Numbered from the stretch's first letter, positions 51,451 to 63,134 are shown. The stretch is 64,000 nucleotides of DNA from Eledone cirrhosa (GCA_964016885.1 OZ024743.1:82212001-82276000); one strand, 5' to 3'. The notes: generated by a model from the letters alone, not told the origin. Translations and numbers: made by a program.

Positions 51451-54400
51451 GTTGTAGTAGCCCTGGCTCAGGTTAGGTTTCTGGAATTCTAGTGCTGTAG
51501 TGGTCCTGGGTCAAGTTAGGTTACTAGAGTTCTAGTGTTGTAGTGGTCCTGGGTCAGGTTAGGTTACTGGAGTTATAGTGCTGTAGTGGTCCTGGGTCAG
51601 GTTAGGTTACTGGTGTTCTAGTGTTGTAGTGGCCCTGGCTCAGGTTAGGTTACTGAAATTCTAGTGCTGTAGTGGTCCTGGGTCAAGTTCGGTTACTGGT
51701 GTTATAGTGCTGTAGTGGTCCTGCGTTAGGTTGGGTTACTGGAGTTCTAGTGATGTAGTGGTCCTGGGTCAGGTTAGGTTAGTGGGGTTCTAGTGCTGTA
51801 GTGGTCCTGCGTCAGGTTATGTTACTGGAGTTATAGTGTTGTAGTAGTCCTGGGTCAGGTTAGGTTACTGGAGTTCTAGTGTTGTAGTGGTCCTGGGTCA
51901 GGTTGGGTTACTGGAGTTCTAATGTTGTAGTGGTCCAGGGTCAGGTTAGGTTAGTGGGGTTCTAGTGTTTTAGTGGTCCTGGGTCAGGTTATGTTACTGG
52001 AGTTCTAATGTTGTAGTGGTCCTGGGTCAGGTTAGGTTAGTGGGGTTCTAGTGCTGTAGTGGTCCTGGGTCAGGTTAGGTTACTGGAGTTATAGTGCTGT
52101 AGTGGTCCTGGTTCAGGTTGGGTTACTGGAGTTATAGTGCTGTAGTGGTCCTGGGTCAGGTTATGTTACTGGAGTTATAGTGTTGTAGTCGCGCTGGGTC
52201 AGGTTAGGTTACTGGAGTTCTAGTGCAGTAGTGGTCCTGGGTCAGGTTGGATTACTGGAGTTCTAGTGCTGTAGTGGTCCTGGGTCAGGTTAGGTTACTG
52301 GAGTTCTAGTGCTGTAGTGGTCCTGGGTCAGGTTGGGTTACTGGAGTTATAGTGTTGTAGTGGCCCTGGGTCAGGTTAGGTTACTGGTGTTCTAGTGCTG
52401 TAGTGGTCCTGGGTCAGGTTGGGTTTCTGGAGTTACAGTGCTGTAGTGGTCCTGGGTCAGGTTAGGTTACTGGAGTTCTTGTGCTGTAGTGGTCCTGGGT
52501 CAGGTTGGGTTACTGGAGTTATAGTGCTGTAGTGGTCCTGGGTCAGGTTAGGTTACTGGAGTTATAGTGCTGTAGTGGTCCTGGGTCAGGTTAGGTTACT
52601 GGAGTTATAGTGCTGTAGTGGTCCTGGGTCAGGTTAGGTACTGGAGTTCTAGTGCTGTAGTGGTCCTGGGTCAGGTTAGGTTACTGGAGTTATAGTGCTG
52701 TAGTGGTCCTGGGTCAGGTTAGGTTACTGGAGTTCTAGTGCTGTAGTGGTCCTGGGTCAGGTTAGGTTACTGGAGTTATAGTGCTGTAGTGGTCCTGGGT
52801 CAGGTTAGGTTACTGGAGTTCTAGTGCTGTAGTGGTCCTGGGTCAGGTTGGATTACTGGAGTTCTAGTGCTGTAGTGGCCCTGGCTCAGGTTAGGTTACT
52901 GGAGTTCTAGTGTTGTAGTGGCCCTGGCTCAGGTTAGGTTACTGGAATTCTAGTGCTGTAGTGGCCCTGGGTCAGGTTGGGTTACTGGAGTTATAGTGCT
53001 GTAGTGGTCCTGGGTCAAGTTAGGTTACTAGAGTTCTAGTGTTGTAGTGGTCCTGGGTCAGGTTAGGTTACTGGAGTTATAGTGCTGTAGTGGTCCTGGG
53101 TCAGGTTAGGTTACTGGAGTTCTAGTGTTGTAGTGGCCCTGGCTCAGGTTAGGTTACTGGTGTTATAGTGTTGTAGTGGTCCTGGGTCAGGTTAGGTTAC
53201 TGGAATTCTAGTGCTGTAGTGGTCCTGGGTCAAGTTCGGTTACTGGTGTTATATTGCTGTAGTGGTCCTGGGTCAGGTTGGGTTATTGGAGTTATAGTGC
53301 TGTAGTGGTCCTGGGTCAGGTTAGGTTACTAGAGTTTTAGTGTTGTAATGGCCCTGGGTAAGGTTAGGTTACTGGAATTCTAGTGCTGTAGTGGTCCTGG
53401 GTCAGGTTAGGTTACTAGAGTTCTAGTGTTGTAGTGGTCCTGGTTCAGGTTGTGTTACTGGAGTTATAGTGTTGTAGTGGTCCTGGGTCAGGTTGGGTTA
53501 CTGGAGTTCTAGTGCTGTAGTGGTCCTGGGTCAGGTTAGGTTACTGGAGTTCTAGTGCTGTAGTGGTCCTGGGTCAGGTTGGGTTACTGGAGTTATAGTG
53601 CTGTAGTGATCCTGGATCAGGTTAGGTTACTGGAGTTATAGTGCGGTAGTGGTCCTGGGTCAGGTTAGGTTAGTGGGGTTCTAGTGCTGTAGTGGTCCTG
53701 CGTCAGGTTATGTTACTGGAGTTATAGTGTTGTAGTGGTCCTGGGTCAGGTTGGGTTACTGGTGTTCTAGTGATGTAGTGGTCCCGGGTCAGGTTAGGTT
53801 ACTGGAGTTCTAGTGTTGTAGTGGCCCTGGGTCAGGTTAGGTTACTGGAGTTATTGTGATGTAGTGGTCCTGGGTCAGGTTAGGTTACTGGAGTTATAGT
53901 GCTGTAGTGGTCCTGGGTCAGTTTGGGTTACTGGAGTTCTAGTGCTGTAGTGGTCCTGGGTCAGGTTAGGTTACTGGAGTTATAGTGTTGTAGTGGTCCT
54001 GGGTCAGGTTGGGTTACTGGAGTTCTAGTGCTGTAGTGGTCCTGGGTCAGGTTAGGTTACTGGAGTTCTAGTGCTGTAGTGGTCCTGGGTCAGGTTGGAT
54101 TACTGGAGTTATAGTGCTGTAGTGATCCTGGATCAGGTTAGGTTACTGGAGTTATAGTGCTGTAGTGGTCCTGGGTCAGGTTAGGTTACTGGAGTTCTAG
54201 TGCTGTAGTGGTCCTGGGTCAGGTTGGGTTACTGGATTTATAGTGCTGTAGTGGCCCTGGGTCAGGTTAAGTTACTGGAATTCTAGTGCTCTAGTAGTCC
54301 TGGGTCAGGTTAGGTTGCTGGAGTTATAGTGCTGTAGTGGTCCTGGCTCAGGTTAGGTTACTGGAGTTATAGTGCTGTAGTGGTCCTGGGTCAGTTTGGG

Positions 54401-57400
54401 TTACTGGAGTTCTAGTGCTGTAGTGGTCCTGGGTCAGGTTAGGTTACTGGAGTTATAGTGTTGTAGTGGCCCTGGCTCAGGTTAGGTTACTGGAATTCTA
54501 GTGCTGTAGTGGTCCTGGGTCAAGTTAGGTTACTAGAGTTCTAGTGTTGTAGTGGTCCTGGGTCAGGTTAGGTTAGTGGGGTTCTAGTGCTGTAGTGGTC
54601 CTGCGTCAGGTTAGGTTAGTGGGGTTCTAGTGCTGTAGTGGTCCTGGGTCAGGTTAGGTTACTGGAGTTATAGTGCTGTAGTGGTCCTGGGTGAGGTTAG
54701 GTTACTGGAGTTGTAGTGCTGTAGTGATCCTGGGTCAGGTTAGGTTACTGGAGTTGTAGTGCTGTAGTGGTCCTGGGTCAGGTTGGGTTACTGGATTTAT
54801 AGTGCTGTAGTGGTCCTGGTTCAGGTTAGGTTACTGGAGTTATAGTGCTGTAGTGGTCCTGGATGAGGTTAGGTTACTGGAGTTATAGTGCTGTAGTGGT
54901 CCTGGGTCAGGTTAGGTTACTGGAGTTCTAGTGCTGTAGTGGTCCTGGGTCAGGTTACTGGAGTTATAGTGCTGTAGTGGTCCTGGGACAGGTTGGGTTA
55001 CTGGAGTTATAGTGCTGTAGTGGTCCTGGGTGAGGTTTGGTTGCTGGAGTTATAGTGCTGTAGTGGTCCTGGCTCAGGTTAGGTTACTGGAGTTATAGTG
55101 TTGTAGTGGTCCTGGGTCAGGTTAGGTTGCTGGAGTTATAGTGCTGTAGTGGTCCTGGGTCAGGTTAGGTTACTAGAGTTTTAGTGTTGTAATGGCCCTG
55201 GGTAAGGTTAGGTTACTGGAATTCTAGTGCTGTAGTGGTCCTGGGTCAGGTTAGGTTACTAGAGTTCTAGTGTTGTAGTGGTCCTGGGTCAGGTTAGGTT
55301 CCTGGAGTTATAGTGCTGTAGTGGTCCTGGGTCAGTTTGGGTTACTGGAGTTATAGTGTTGTAGTGGTCCTGGGTCAGGTTGGGTTACTGGAGTTATAGT
55401 GCTGTAGTGGTCCTGGGTCAGGTTAGGTTACTGGAGTTCTAGTGTTATAGTGGTCCTGGGTCAGGTTAGGTTACTGGAGTTCTAGTGTTGTAGTGGTCCT
55501 GGGTCAGGTTAGATTACTTGAGTTCTAGTGTTGTAGTGGTCCTGGGTCAGGTTATGTTACTGGAGTTCTAGTGTTGTAGTGTTCCTGGGTCAGGTTAGAT
55601 TACTGGAGTTATAGTGCTGTAGTGGTCCTGGGTGAGGTTAGGTTACTGGAGTTCTAGTGTTGTAGTGGTCGTGGGTCAGGTTAGGTTACTGGAGTTCTAT
55701 AGTTGTAGTGGTCCTGTGTCAGGTTAGGTTACTCGAGTTCTAATGTTGTAGTGGTCCTGGGTCGGGTTAGGTTACTGGAGTTCTAGTGTTGTAGTGGTCC
55801 TGGGTCAGGTTAGGTTACTGGAGTTATAGTGCTCTAGTGGTCCTGGGTCAGGTTAGGTTACTGGAGTTATAGTGCTGTAGTGGTCCTGGGTCAGGTTAGG
55901 TTACTGGAGTTCTAGTGTTGTAGTGGTCCAGGGTCAGGTTAGGTTACTGGAGTTCTAGTGTTGTAGTGGTCCAGGGTCAGGTTAGGTTACTGGAGTTCTA
56001 GTGTTGTAGTGGTCCTGGGTCAGGTTAGGTTACTGGAGTTATAGTGTTCTAGTGGTCCTGTGTCAGGTTAGGTTACTGGAGTTATAGTGCTGTAGTGGTC
56101 CTGGGTCAGGTTAGGTTACTGGAGTTCTAGTGTTGTAGTGGTCCTGGGTCAGGTTGGGTTACTGGAGTTATAGTGCTGTAGTGGTCCTGGGTCAGGTTAG
56201 GTTACTGGAGTTCTAGTGTTGTAGTGCTACTGGGTCAGGTTAGGTTACTGGAGTTATAGTGCTGTAGTGGTCCTGGGTCAGGTTAGGTTACTGGAGTTCT
56301 AGTGTTGTAGTGGTCCTGGGTCTGGTTAGGTTAGTGGAGTTATAGTGCTGTAGTGGTCCTGGGTCAGGTTAGGTTACTGGAGTTATAGTGTTGTAGTGGT
56401 CCTGGGTCAGGTTAGGTTAGTGGAGTTATAGTGCTGTAGTGGTCCTGGGTCAGATTAGGTTACTGGAGTTGTAGTGCTGTAGTGATCCTGGGTCAGGTTA
56501 GGTTACTGGAGTTGTAGTGCTGTAGTGGTCCTGGGTCAGGTTGGGTTACTGGATTTATAGTGCTGTAGTGGTCCTGGGTCAGGTTAGGTTACTGGAGTTA
56601 TAGTGCTGTAGTGGTCCTGGGTCAAGTTGGGTAACTGGAGTTATAGTGCTGTAGTGGTCCTGGGTCAGGTTAGGTTACTGGAGTTATAGTGCTGTAGTAG
56701 TCCTGGTTCAGGTTGGGTTACTGGAGTTATAGTGCTCTAGTGGTCCTGGGTGAGGTTAGGTTACTGGAGTTCTAGTGTTGTAGTGGTCCTGGGTCAGGTT
56801 GGGTTACTGGAGTTCTAGTGCTGTAGTGGTCCTGGGTCAGGTTAGGTTACTGGAGTTCTAGTGCTGTAGTGGTCCTGGGTCAGGTTGGGTTACTGGAGTT
56901 ATAGTGTTGTAGTGGTCCTGGGTCAGGTTAGGTTACTGGAGTTATAGTGTTGTAGTTGTCCTGGGTCAGGTTAGGTTACTGGAGTTATAGTGCTGTAGTG
57001 ATCCTGGGTCAGGTTAGGTTACTGGAGTTATAGTGTTGTACTGGTCCTGGGTCAGGTTAGATTACTGGAGTTCTAGTGCTGTAGTGATCCTGCGTCAGGT
57101 TAGGTTACTGGAGTTAAAGTGCTGTAGTGGTCCTGGGTCAGGTTAGGTTACTGGAGTTATAGTGCTGTAGTGGTCCTGGGTCAGGTTAGGTTACTGGAGT
57201 TATAGTGCTGTAGTGGTCCTGGGTCAAGTTGGGTTACTGGAGTTATAGTGCTGTAGTGGTCCTGGGTCAGGTTAGGTTACTGGAGTTATAGTGCTGTAGT
57301 AGTCCTGGTTCAGGTTGGGTTACTGGAGTTATAGTGCTGTAGTGGTCCTTGGTGAGGTTAGGTTACTGGAGTTCTAGTGTTGTAGTGGTCCTGGGTCAGG

Positions 57401-60400
57401 TTGGGTTACTGGAGTTCTAGTGCTGTAGTGGTCCTGGGTCAGGTTAGGTTACTGGAGTTCTAGTGCTGTAGTGGTCCTGGGTCAGGTTGGGTTACTGGAG
57501 TTATAGTGCTGTAGTGATCCTGGATCAGGTTAGGTTACTGGAGTTATAGTGCTGTAGTGGTCCTGGGTCAGGTTAGGTTACTGGAGTTATAGTGCTGTAG
57601 TGGTCCTGGGTCAGTTTGGGTTACTGGAGTTATAGTGTTGTAGTGGTCCTGGGTCAGGTTGGGTTACTGGATTTCTAGTGCTGTAGTGGTCCTGGGTCAG
57701 GTTAGGTTACTGGAGTTCTAGTGCTGTAGTGGTCCTGGGTCAGGTTGGGTTACTGGAGTCATAGTGCTGTAGTGATCCTGGATCAGGTTAGGTTACTGGA
57801 GTTATAGTGCTGTAGTGGTCCTGGGTCAGGTTAGGTTACTGGAGTTCTAGTGCTGTAGTGGTCCTGGGTCAGGTTAGGTTACTGGATTTATAGTGCTGTA
57901 GTGGCCCTGGGTCAGGTTGGGTTACTGGAATTCTAGTGCTCTAGTAGTCCTGGGTCAGGTTAGGTTACTGGAGTTCTAGTGCTGTAGTGGTCCTGGGTCA
58001 GGTTAGGTTACTAGAGTTCTAGTGTTGTAGTGGCCCTGGCTCAGGTTAGGTTACTGGAATTCTAGTGCTGTAGTGGTCCTGGGTCAGGTTAGGTTACTAG
58101 AGTTCTAGTGTTGTAGTGGCCCTGGCTCAGGTTAGGTTACTGGAATTCTAGTGCTGTAGTGGTCCTGGGTCAAGTTAGGTTACTAGAGTTCTAGTGTTGT
58201 AGTGGTCCTGGGTCAGGTTAGGTTAGTGGGGTTCTAGTACTGTAGTGGTCCTGCGTCAGGTTATGTTACTGGAGTTCTAGTGTTGTAGTGGTCCTGGGTC
58301 AGGTTAGGTTACTAGAGTTCTAGTGTTGTAGTGGCCCTGGCTCAGGTTAGGTTACTGGAATTCTAGTGCTGTAGTGGTCCTGGGTCAAGTTAGGTTACTA
58401 GAGTTCTAGTGTTGTAGTGGTCCTGGGTCAGGTTAGGTTAGTGGGGTTCTAGTGCTGTAGTGGTCCTGCGTCAGGTTATGTTACTGGAGTTATAGTGTTG
58501 TAGTGGTCCTGGGTCAGGTTGGGTTACTGGATTTCTAGTGATGTAGTGGTCCCGGGTCAGGTTAGGTTACTGGAGTTATAGTGCTGTAGTGGTCCTGGGT
58601 CAGGTTAGGTTACTGGAGTTATAGTGCTGTAGTGGTCCTGGGTCAGGTTAGGTTACTGGAGTTCTAGTGCTGTAGTGGTCCTGGGTCAGGTTAGGTTACT
58701 GGAGTTCTAATGCTGTAGTGGTCCTGGGTCAGGTTGGGTCACTGGAGTTATAGTGCTGTAGTGGTCCTGGGTCAGGTTAGGTTACTGGAGTTCTAGTGCT
58801 GTAGTGGTCCTGGGTCAGGTTAGGTTACTGGAGTTCTAGTGCTGTAGTGGTCCTGGGTCAGGTTGGGTTACTGGAGTTATAGTGCTGTAGTGGTCCTGGG
58901 TCAGGTTAGGTTACTGGAGTTCTAGTGCTGTAGTGGTCCTGGGTCAGGTTAGGTTACTGGAGTTATCGTGCTGTAGTGGTCCTGGGTGAGGTTAGGTTAC
59001 TTGAGTTGTAGTGCTGTAGTGATCCTGGGTCAGGTTAGGTTACTGGATTTATAGTGCTGTAGTGGTCCTGGGTCAGGTTAGGTTACTGGAGTTATAGTGC
59101 TGTAGTGGTCCTGGGTCAGGTTAGGTTACTGGAGTTATAGTGCTGTATTGGTCCTGGGTGAGGTTAGGTTACTGGAGTTATAGTGCTGTAGTGGTCCTGG
59201 GTCAGGTTGGGTTACTGGAGTTATAGTGCTGTAGTGGTCCTGGGTCAGGTTGGGTTACTGGAGTTATAGTGCTGTAGTGGTCCTGGGTGAGGTTAGGTTA
59301 CTGGAGTTCTAGTGCTGTAGTGGTCCTGGGTCAGGTTGGGTTACTGGAGTTATAGTGCTGTAGTGGTCCTGGGACAGGTTGGGTTACTGGAGTTATAGTG
59401 CTGTAGTGGTCCTGGGTGAGGTTAGGTTGCTGGAGTTATAGTGCTGTAGTGGTCCTGGCTCAGGTTAGGTTACTGGAGTTATAGTGTTGTAGTGGTCCTG
59501 GGTCAGGTTAGGTTGCTGGAGTTATAGTGCTGTAGTGGTCCTGGGTCAGGTTGGGTTACTGGAGTTATAGTGCTGTTGTGGCCCTGGGTCAGGTTAAGTT
59601 ACTGGAATTCTAGTGCTGTAGTGGTCCTGGGTCAGGTTATGTTGCTGGAGTTATAGTGCTGTAGTGGTCCTGGCTCAGGTTAGGTTACTAGAGTTCTAGT
59701 GTTGTAGTGGTCCTGGGTCAGGTTATGTTACTGGAATTCTAGTGCTTTTGTGGCCCTGGGTCAGGTTAGGTTACTGGAGTTATAGTGTTGTAGTGGTCCT
59801 GGGTCAGGTTAGGTTACTGGAGTTATAGTGCTGTAGTGGTCCTGGATCAGGTTAGGTTACTGGAGTTATAGTGTTGTAGTGGTCCTTGGTCAGGTTCGGT
59901 TACTGGAGTTCTAGTGCCGTAGTGGTCCTGGGTCAGGTTGGGTTACTGGAGTTATAGTGCTGTAGTGGTACTGGGTCAGGTTAGGTTACTGGAGTTATAG
60001 TGCTGTAGTGGTCCTGGGTCAGTTTGGGTTACTGGAGTTATAGTGTTGTAGTGGTCCTGGGTCAGTTTGGGTTACTGGAGTTATAGTGTTGTAGTGGTCC
60101 TGGGTCAGGTTGGGTTACTGGAGTTATACTGCTCTAGTGGTCCTGGGTCAGGTTAGGTTACTGGAGTTATAGTGTGGTAGTGGTCCTGGGTCAGTTTAGG
60201 TTACTGGAGTTCTAGTGTTATAGTGGTCCTGGGTCAGGTTAGGTTACTGGAGTTCTAGTGTTGTAGTGGTCCTGGGTCAGGTTAGATTACTTGAGTTCTA
60301 GTGTTGTAGTGGTCCTGGGTCAGGTTATGTTACTGGAGTTCTAGTGTTGTAGTGTTCCTGGGTCAGGTTAGGTTACTGGACTTCTAGTGTTATAGTGGTC

Positions 60401-63079
60401 CTGGGTCAGGTTAGGTTACTGGAGTTATAGTGCTGTAGTGGTCCTGGTTCAGGTTAGGTTACTGGAGTTATAGTGCTGCAGAGGTCCTGGGTCAGGTTAG
60501 ATTACTGGAGTTCTAGTGCTGTAGTGATCCTGGGTCAGGTTAGGTTACTGGAGTTATAGTGCTGTAGTGGTCCTGGGTCAGGTTAGGTTACTGGAGTTAT
60601 AGTGCTGTAGTGGTCCCGCGTCAGGTTAGGTTACTGGAGTTATAGTGCTGTAGTGGTCCTGGGTCAGGTTAGGTTACTGGAGTTATAGTGTTGTAGTGGT
60701 CCTGGGTCAGGTTGGGTTACTGGAGTTATAGTGCTTTAGTGGTCCTGGGTCAGGTTAGGTTACTGGAGTTATAGTGCTGTAGTGGTCCTGGGTCAGGTCA
60801 GGTTACTGGAGTTCTAGTGTTGTAGTGGTCCTGGGTCAGGTTAGGTTACTGGAGTTATAGTGCTTTATTGGTCCTGGGTCAGGTTATGTTACTGGAGTTC
60901 TAGTGTTGTAGTGGTCCTGGGTCAGGTTAGGTTACTGGAGTTCTAGTGCTGTAGTGTTCCTGGGTCAGGTTAGCTTACTGGAGTTATAGTGCTGTAGTGG
61001 TCCTGTGTCAGGTTAGGTTACTGGAGTTATAGTGTTGTAGTGGTCCTGGGTCAGGTTAGGTTACTGGAGTTATAGTGCTGTAGTGGTCCTGGGTCAGGTT
61101 AGGTTACTGGAGTTCTAGTGCTGTAGTGGTCCTGGGTCAGGTTAGATTACTGGAGTTCTAGTGCTGTAGTGGTCCTGGGTCAGGTTAGGTTACTGGAGTT
61201 CTAGTGTTGTAGTGGTCCTGGGTCAGGTTAGGTTACTGGAGTTATAGTGTTGTAGTGGTCCTGGGTCAGGTTAGATTACTGGAGTTCTAGTGCTGTAGTG
61301 ATCCTGGGTCAGGTTAGGTTACTAGAGTTCTAGTGCTGTAGTGGTCCTGGGTCAGGTTGGGTTACTGGAGTTATAGTGTTGTAGTGGTCCTGGGTCAGGT
61401 CGGGTTACTGGAGTTCTAGTGCTGTAGTGGTCCTGGGTCAGGTTAGGTTACTGGAGTTATAGTGCTTTAGTGGTCCTGGGTCAGGTTAGGTTACTGGAGT
61501 TATAGTGCTGTAGTGGTCCTGGGTCAGGTCAGGTTACTGGAGTTCTAGTGCTGTAGTGGTCCTGGGTCAGGTTGGGTTACTGGAGTTATAGTGCTTTATT
61601 GGTCCTGGGTCAGGTTAGGTTACTGGAGCTATAGTGTTGTAGTGGTCCTGGGTCAGGTTAGGTTACTGGAGTTCTAGTGCTGTAGTGTTCCTGGGTCAGG
61701 TTAGGTTACTGGAGTTATAGTGCTGTAGTGGTCCTCGGTCAGGTTAGGTTACTGGAGTTCTAGTGCTCTAGTGGCCCTGGGTCAGGTTAGGTTACTGGAG
61801 TTCTAGTGCTGTAGTGGTCCTGGGTCAGGTTAGGTTACTAGAGTTCTAGTGCTGTAGTGATCCTGGGTCAGGTTAGGTTACTGGAGTTCTAGTGTTGTAG
61901 TGGTCCTGGGTCAGGTTGGGTTACTGGAGTTATAGCTTCTGTAGTGGTCCTGTGTCAGGTTAGGTTACTGGAGTTATAGTGTTGTAGTGGTCCTGGGTCA
62001 GGTAAGGTTACTGGAGTTATAGTGCTGTAGTGGTCCTGGGTCAGGTCAGGTTACTGGAGTTATAGTGCTGTAGTGGTCCTGGGTCAGGTTAGGTTACTAG
62101 AGTTCTAGTGCTGTAGTGGTCCTGGGTCAGGTTGGGTTACTGGAGTTCTAGTGCTGTAGTGGTCCTGGGTCAGGTTAGGTTACTGGAGTTCTAGTGTTGT
62201 AGTGGTCCTGGGTCAGGTTAGGTTACTGGAATTATAGTGCTGTAGTGGTCCTGGGTCAGGTTGGGTTACTGGAGTTCTAGTGCTGTAGTGGTCCTGGGTC
62301 AGGTTGGGTTACTGGAGTTATAGTGTTGTAGTGGTCCTGGATCAGGTTAGGTTACTGGAATTATAGTGCTGTAGTGGTCCTGTGTCAGGTTGGGTTACTG
62401 GAGTTCTAGTGCTGTAGTGGTCCTGGGTCAGGTTGGGTTACTGGAGTTATAGTGCTTTATTGGTCCTGGGTCAGGTTATGTTACTGGAGCTATAGTGTTG
62501 TAGTGGTCCTGGGTCAGGTTAGGTTACTGGAGTTCTAGTGCTGTAGTGTTCCTGGGTCAGGTTAGGTTACTGGAGTTATAGTGCTGTAGTGGTCCTGGGT
62601 CAGGTTAGGTTACTGGAGTTATAGTGCTGTAGTAGTCCTGGGTCATGTTACGTTACTGGAGTTATAGTGCTGTAGTGGTCCTGGGTCAGGTTGGGTTACC
62701 GGAGTTATAGTGCTGTAGTGGTCCTGGGTCAGGTTGAGTTACTGGAGTTATAGTGATGTAGTGGTACTGGGTCAGGTTAGGTTACTGGAATTATGATGTT
62801 GTAGTCACCCTGGGTCAGGTTGGGTTACTGGAGTTATAGTGTTGTAGTGGCCCTGGGTCAGGTTGGGTTACTGGAGTTGAAACTTGTACTACATATTTCA
62901 ACAAAAATATGATGTAGAGAATAAAGTAAATTTATTTTTACACTTCGTTATAGTTTGAAATATTCTGAAATATTACAACTAGAATTACGATGTAGAATAA
63001 TAAAAAAAATATACCATTTACACATTTTATACCATTCACACGATATTTCTCGTTTAAATATTTATTTTTTTATGACTGT

Positions 63080-63134
63080 CAAAATTGAGGTGCGTCTTAT
63101 AAGCCCACCCATCCTATATGCCGCTAATACGGTA
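63080..63134. mobile_element. Putative terminus (TIR plus TA target site) of a Tc1/mariner-superfamily Tc2/pogo-like DNA transposon or MITE; partner end not in window
   Basis: GGTGCGTCTTATAAGCCCACCCATCCTATATGCCGCTAATACGG|TA reads TA|CCGTATTAGCGGCATATAGG... on the reverse strand. This resembles, from recall and not from a search, the CCGTA-starting termini with TATAAGACGCACC-like subterminal motifs and TA target duplication of Tc2-like elements. Confidence 0.5.

Larger units (their letters stand above)
1..62878 (+). repeat. 43-bp tandem satellite array, about 1462 full monomers plus one partial, telomere-like (TCAGG/TTAGG) core, open at the left window edge
   Basis: The unit GGTCCTGGGTCAGGTTAGGTTACTGGAGTTHTAGTGYTGTAGT recurs every 43 bp. 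Monomer starts fall at 1, 2581, 5161, 7741, 10321, 12901, 15481 and 18061 (steps of 60x43). With the indels I found (net -18 bp), the monomer start at 62161 is exactly copy 1447. The last, partial copy starts at 62849 and ends ...CTGGAGTT at 62878. Confidence 0.99.

Noticed and set aside
1-62878. CRISPR array
   Set aside because: Monomers are directly adjacent with no unique spacers, there are no cas genes, and the context looks eukaryotic.
1-62878. Giant mucin-like or repeat-protein CDS (minus strand is rich in Thr/Pro/Ser codons)
   Set aside because: The 43-bp period is not a multiple of 3, and stops occur in every frame on both strands. The ORF track reports nothing here.
1-62878. True telomerase-made terminal telomere
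   Set aside because: There is no (TTAGG)n run beyond about two units. Variants are inherited in duplicated blocks, which indicates recombination and not templated synthesis, and the G-strand points toward unique DNA.
1-62878. Variant positions (31 A/C/G, 37 C/T, 17 A/G) as an information-bearing code
   Set aside because: The patterns are adequately explained by nested duplication of linked variants, and nothing in the sequence indicates a readout.
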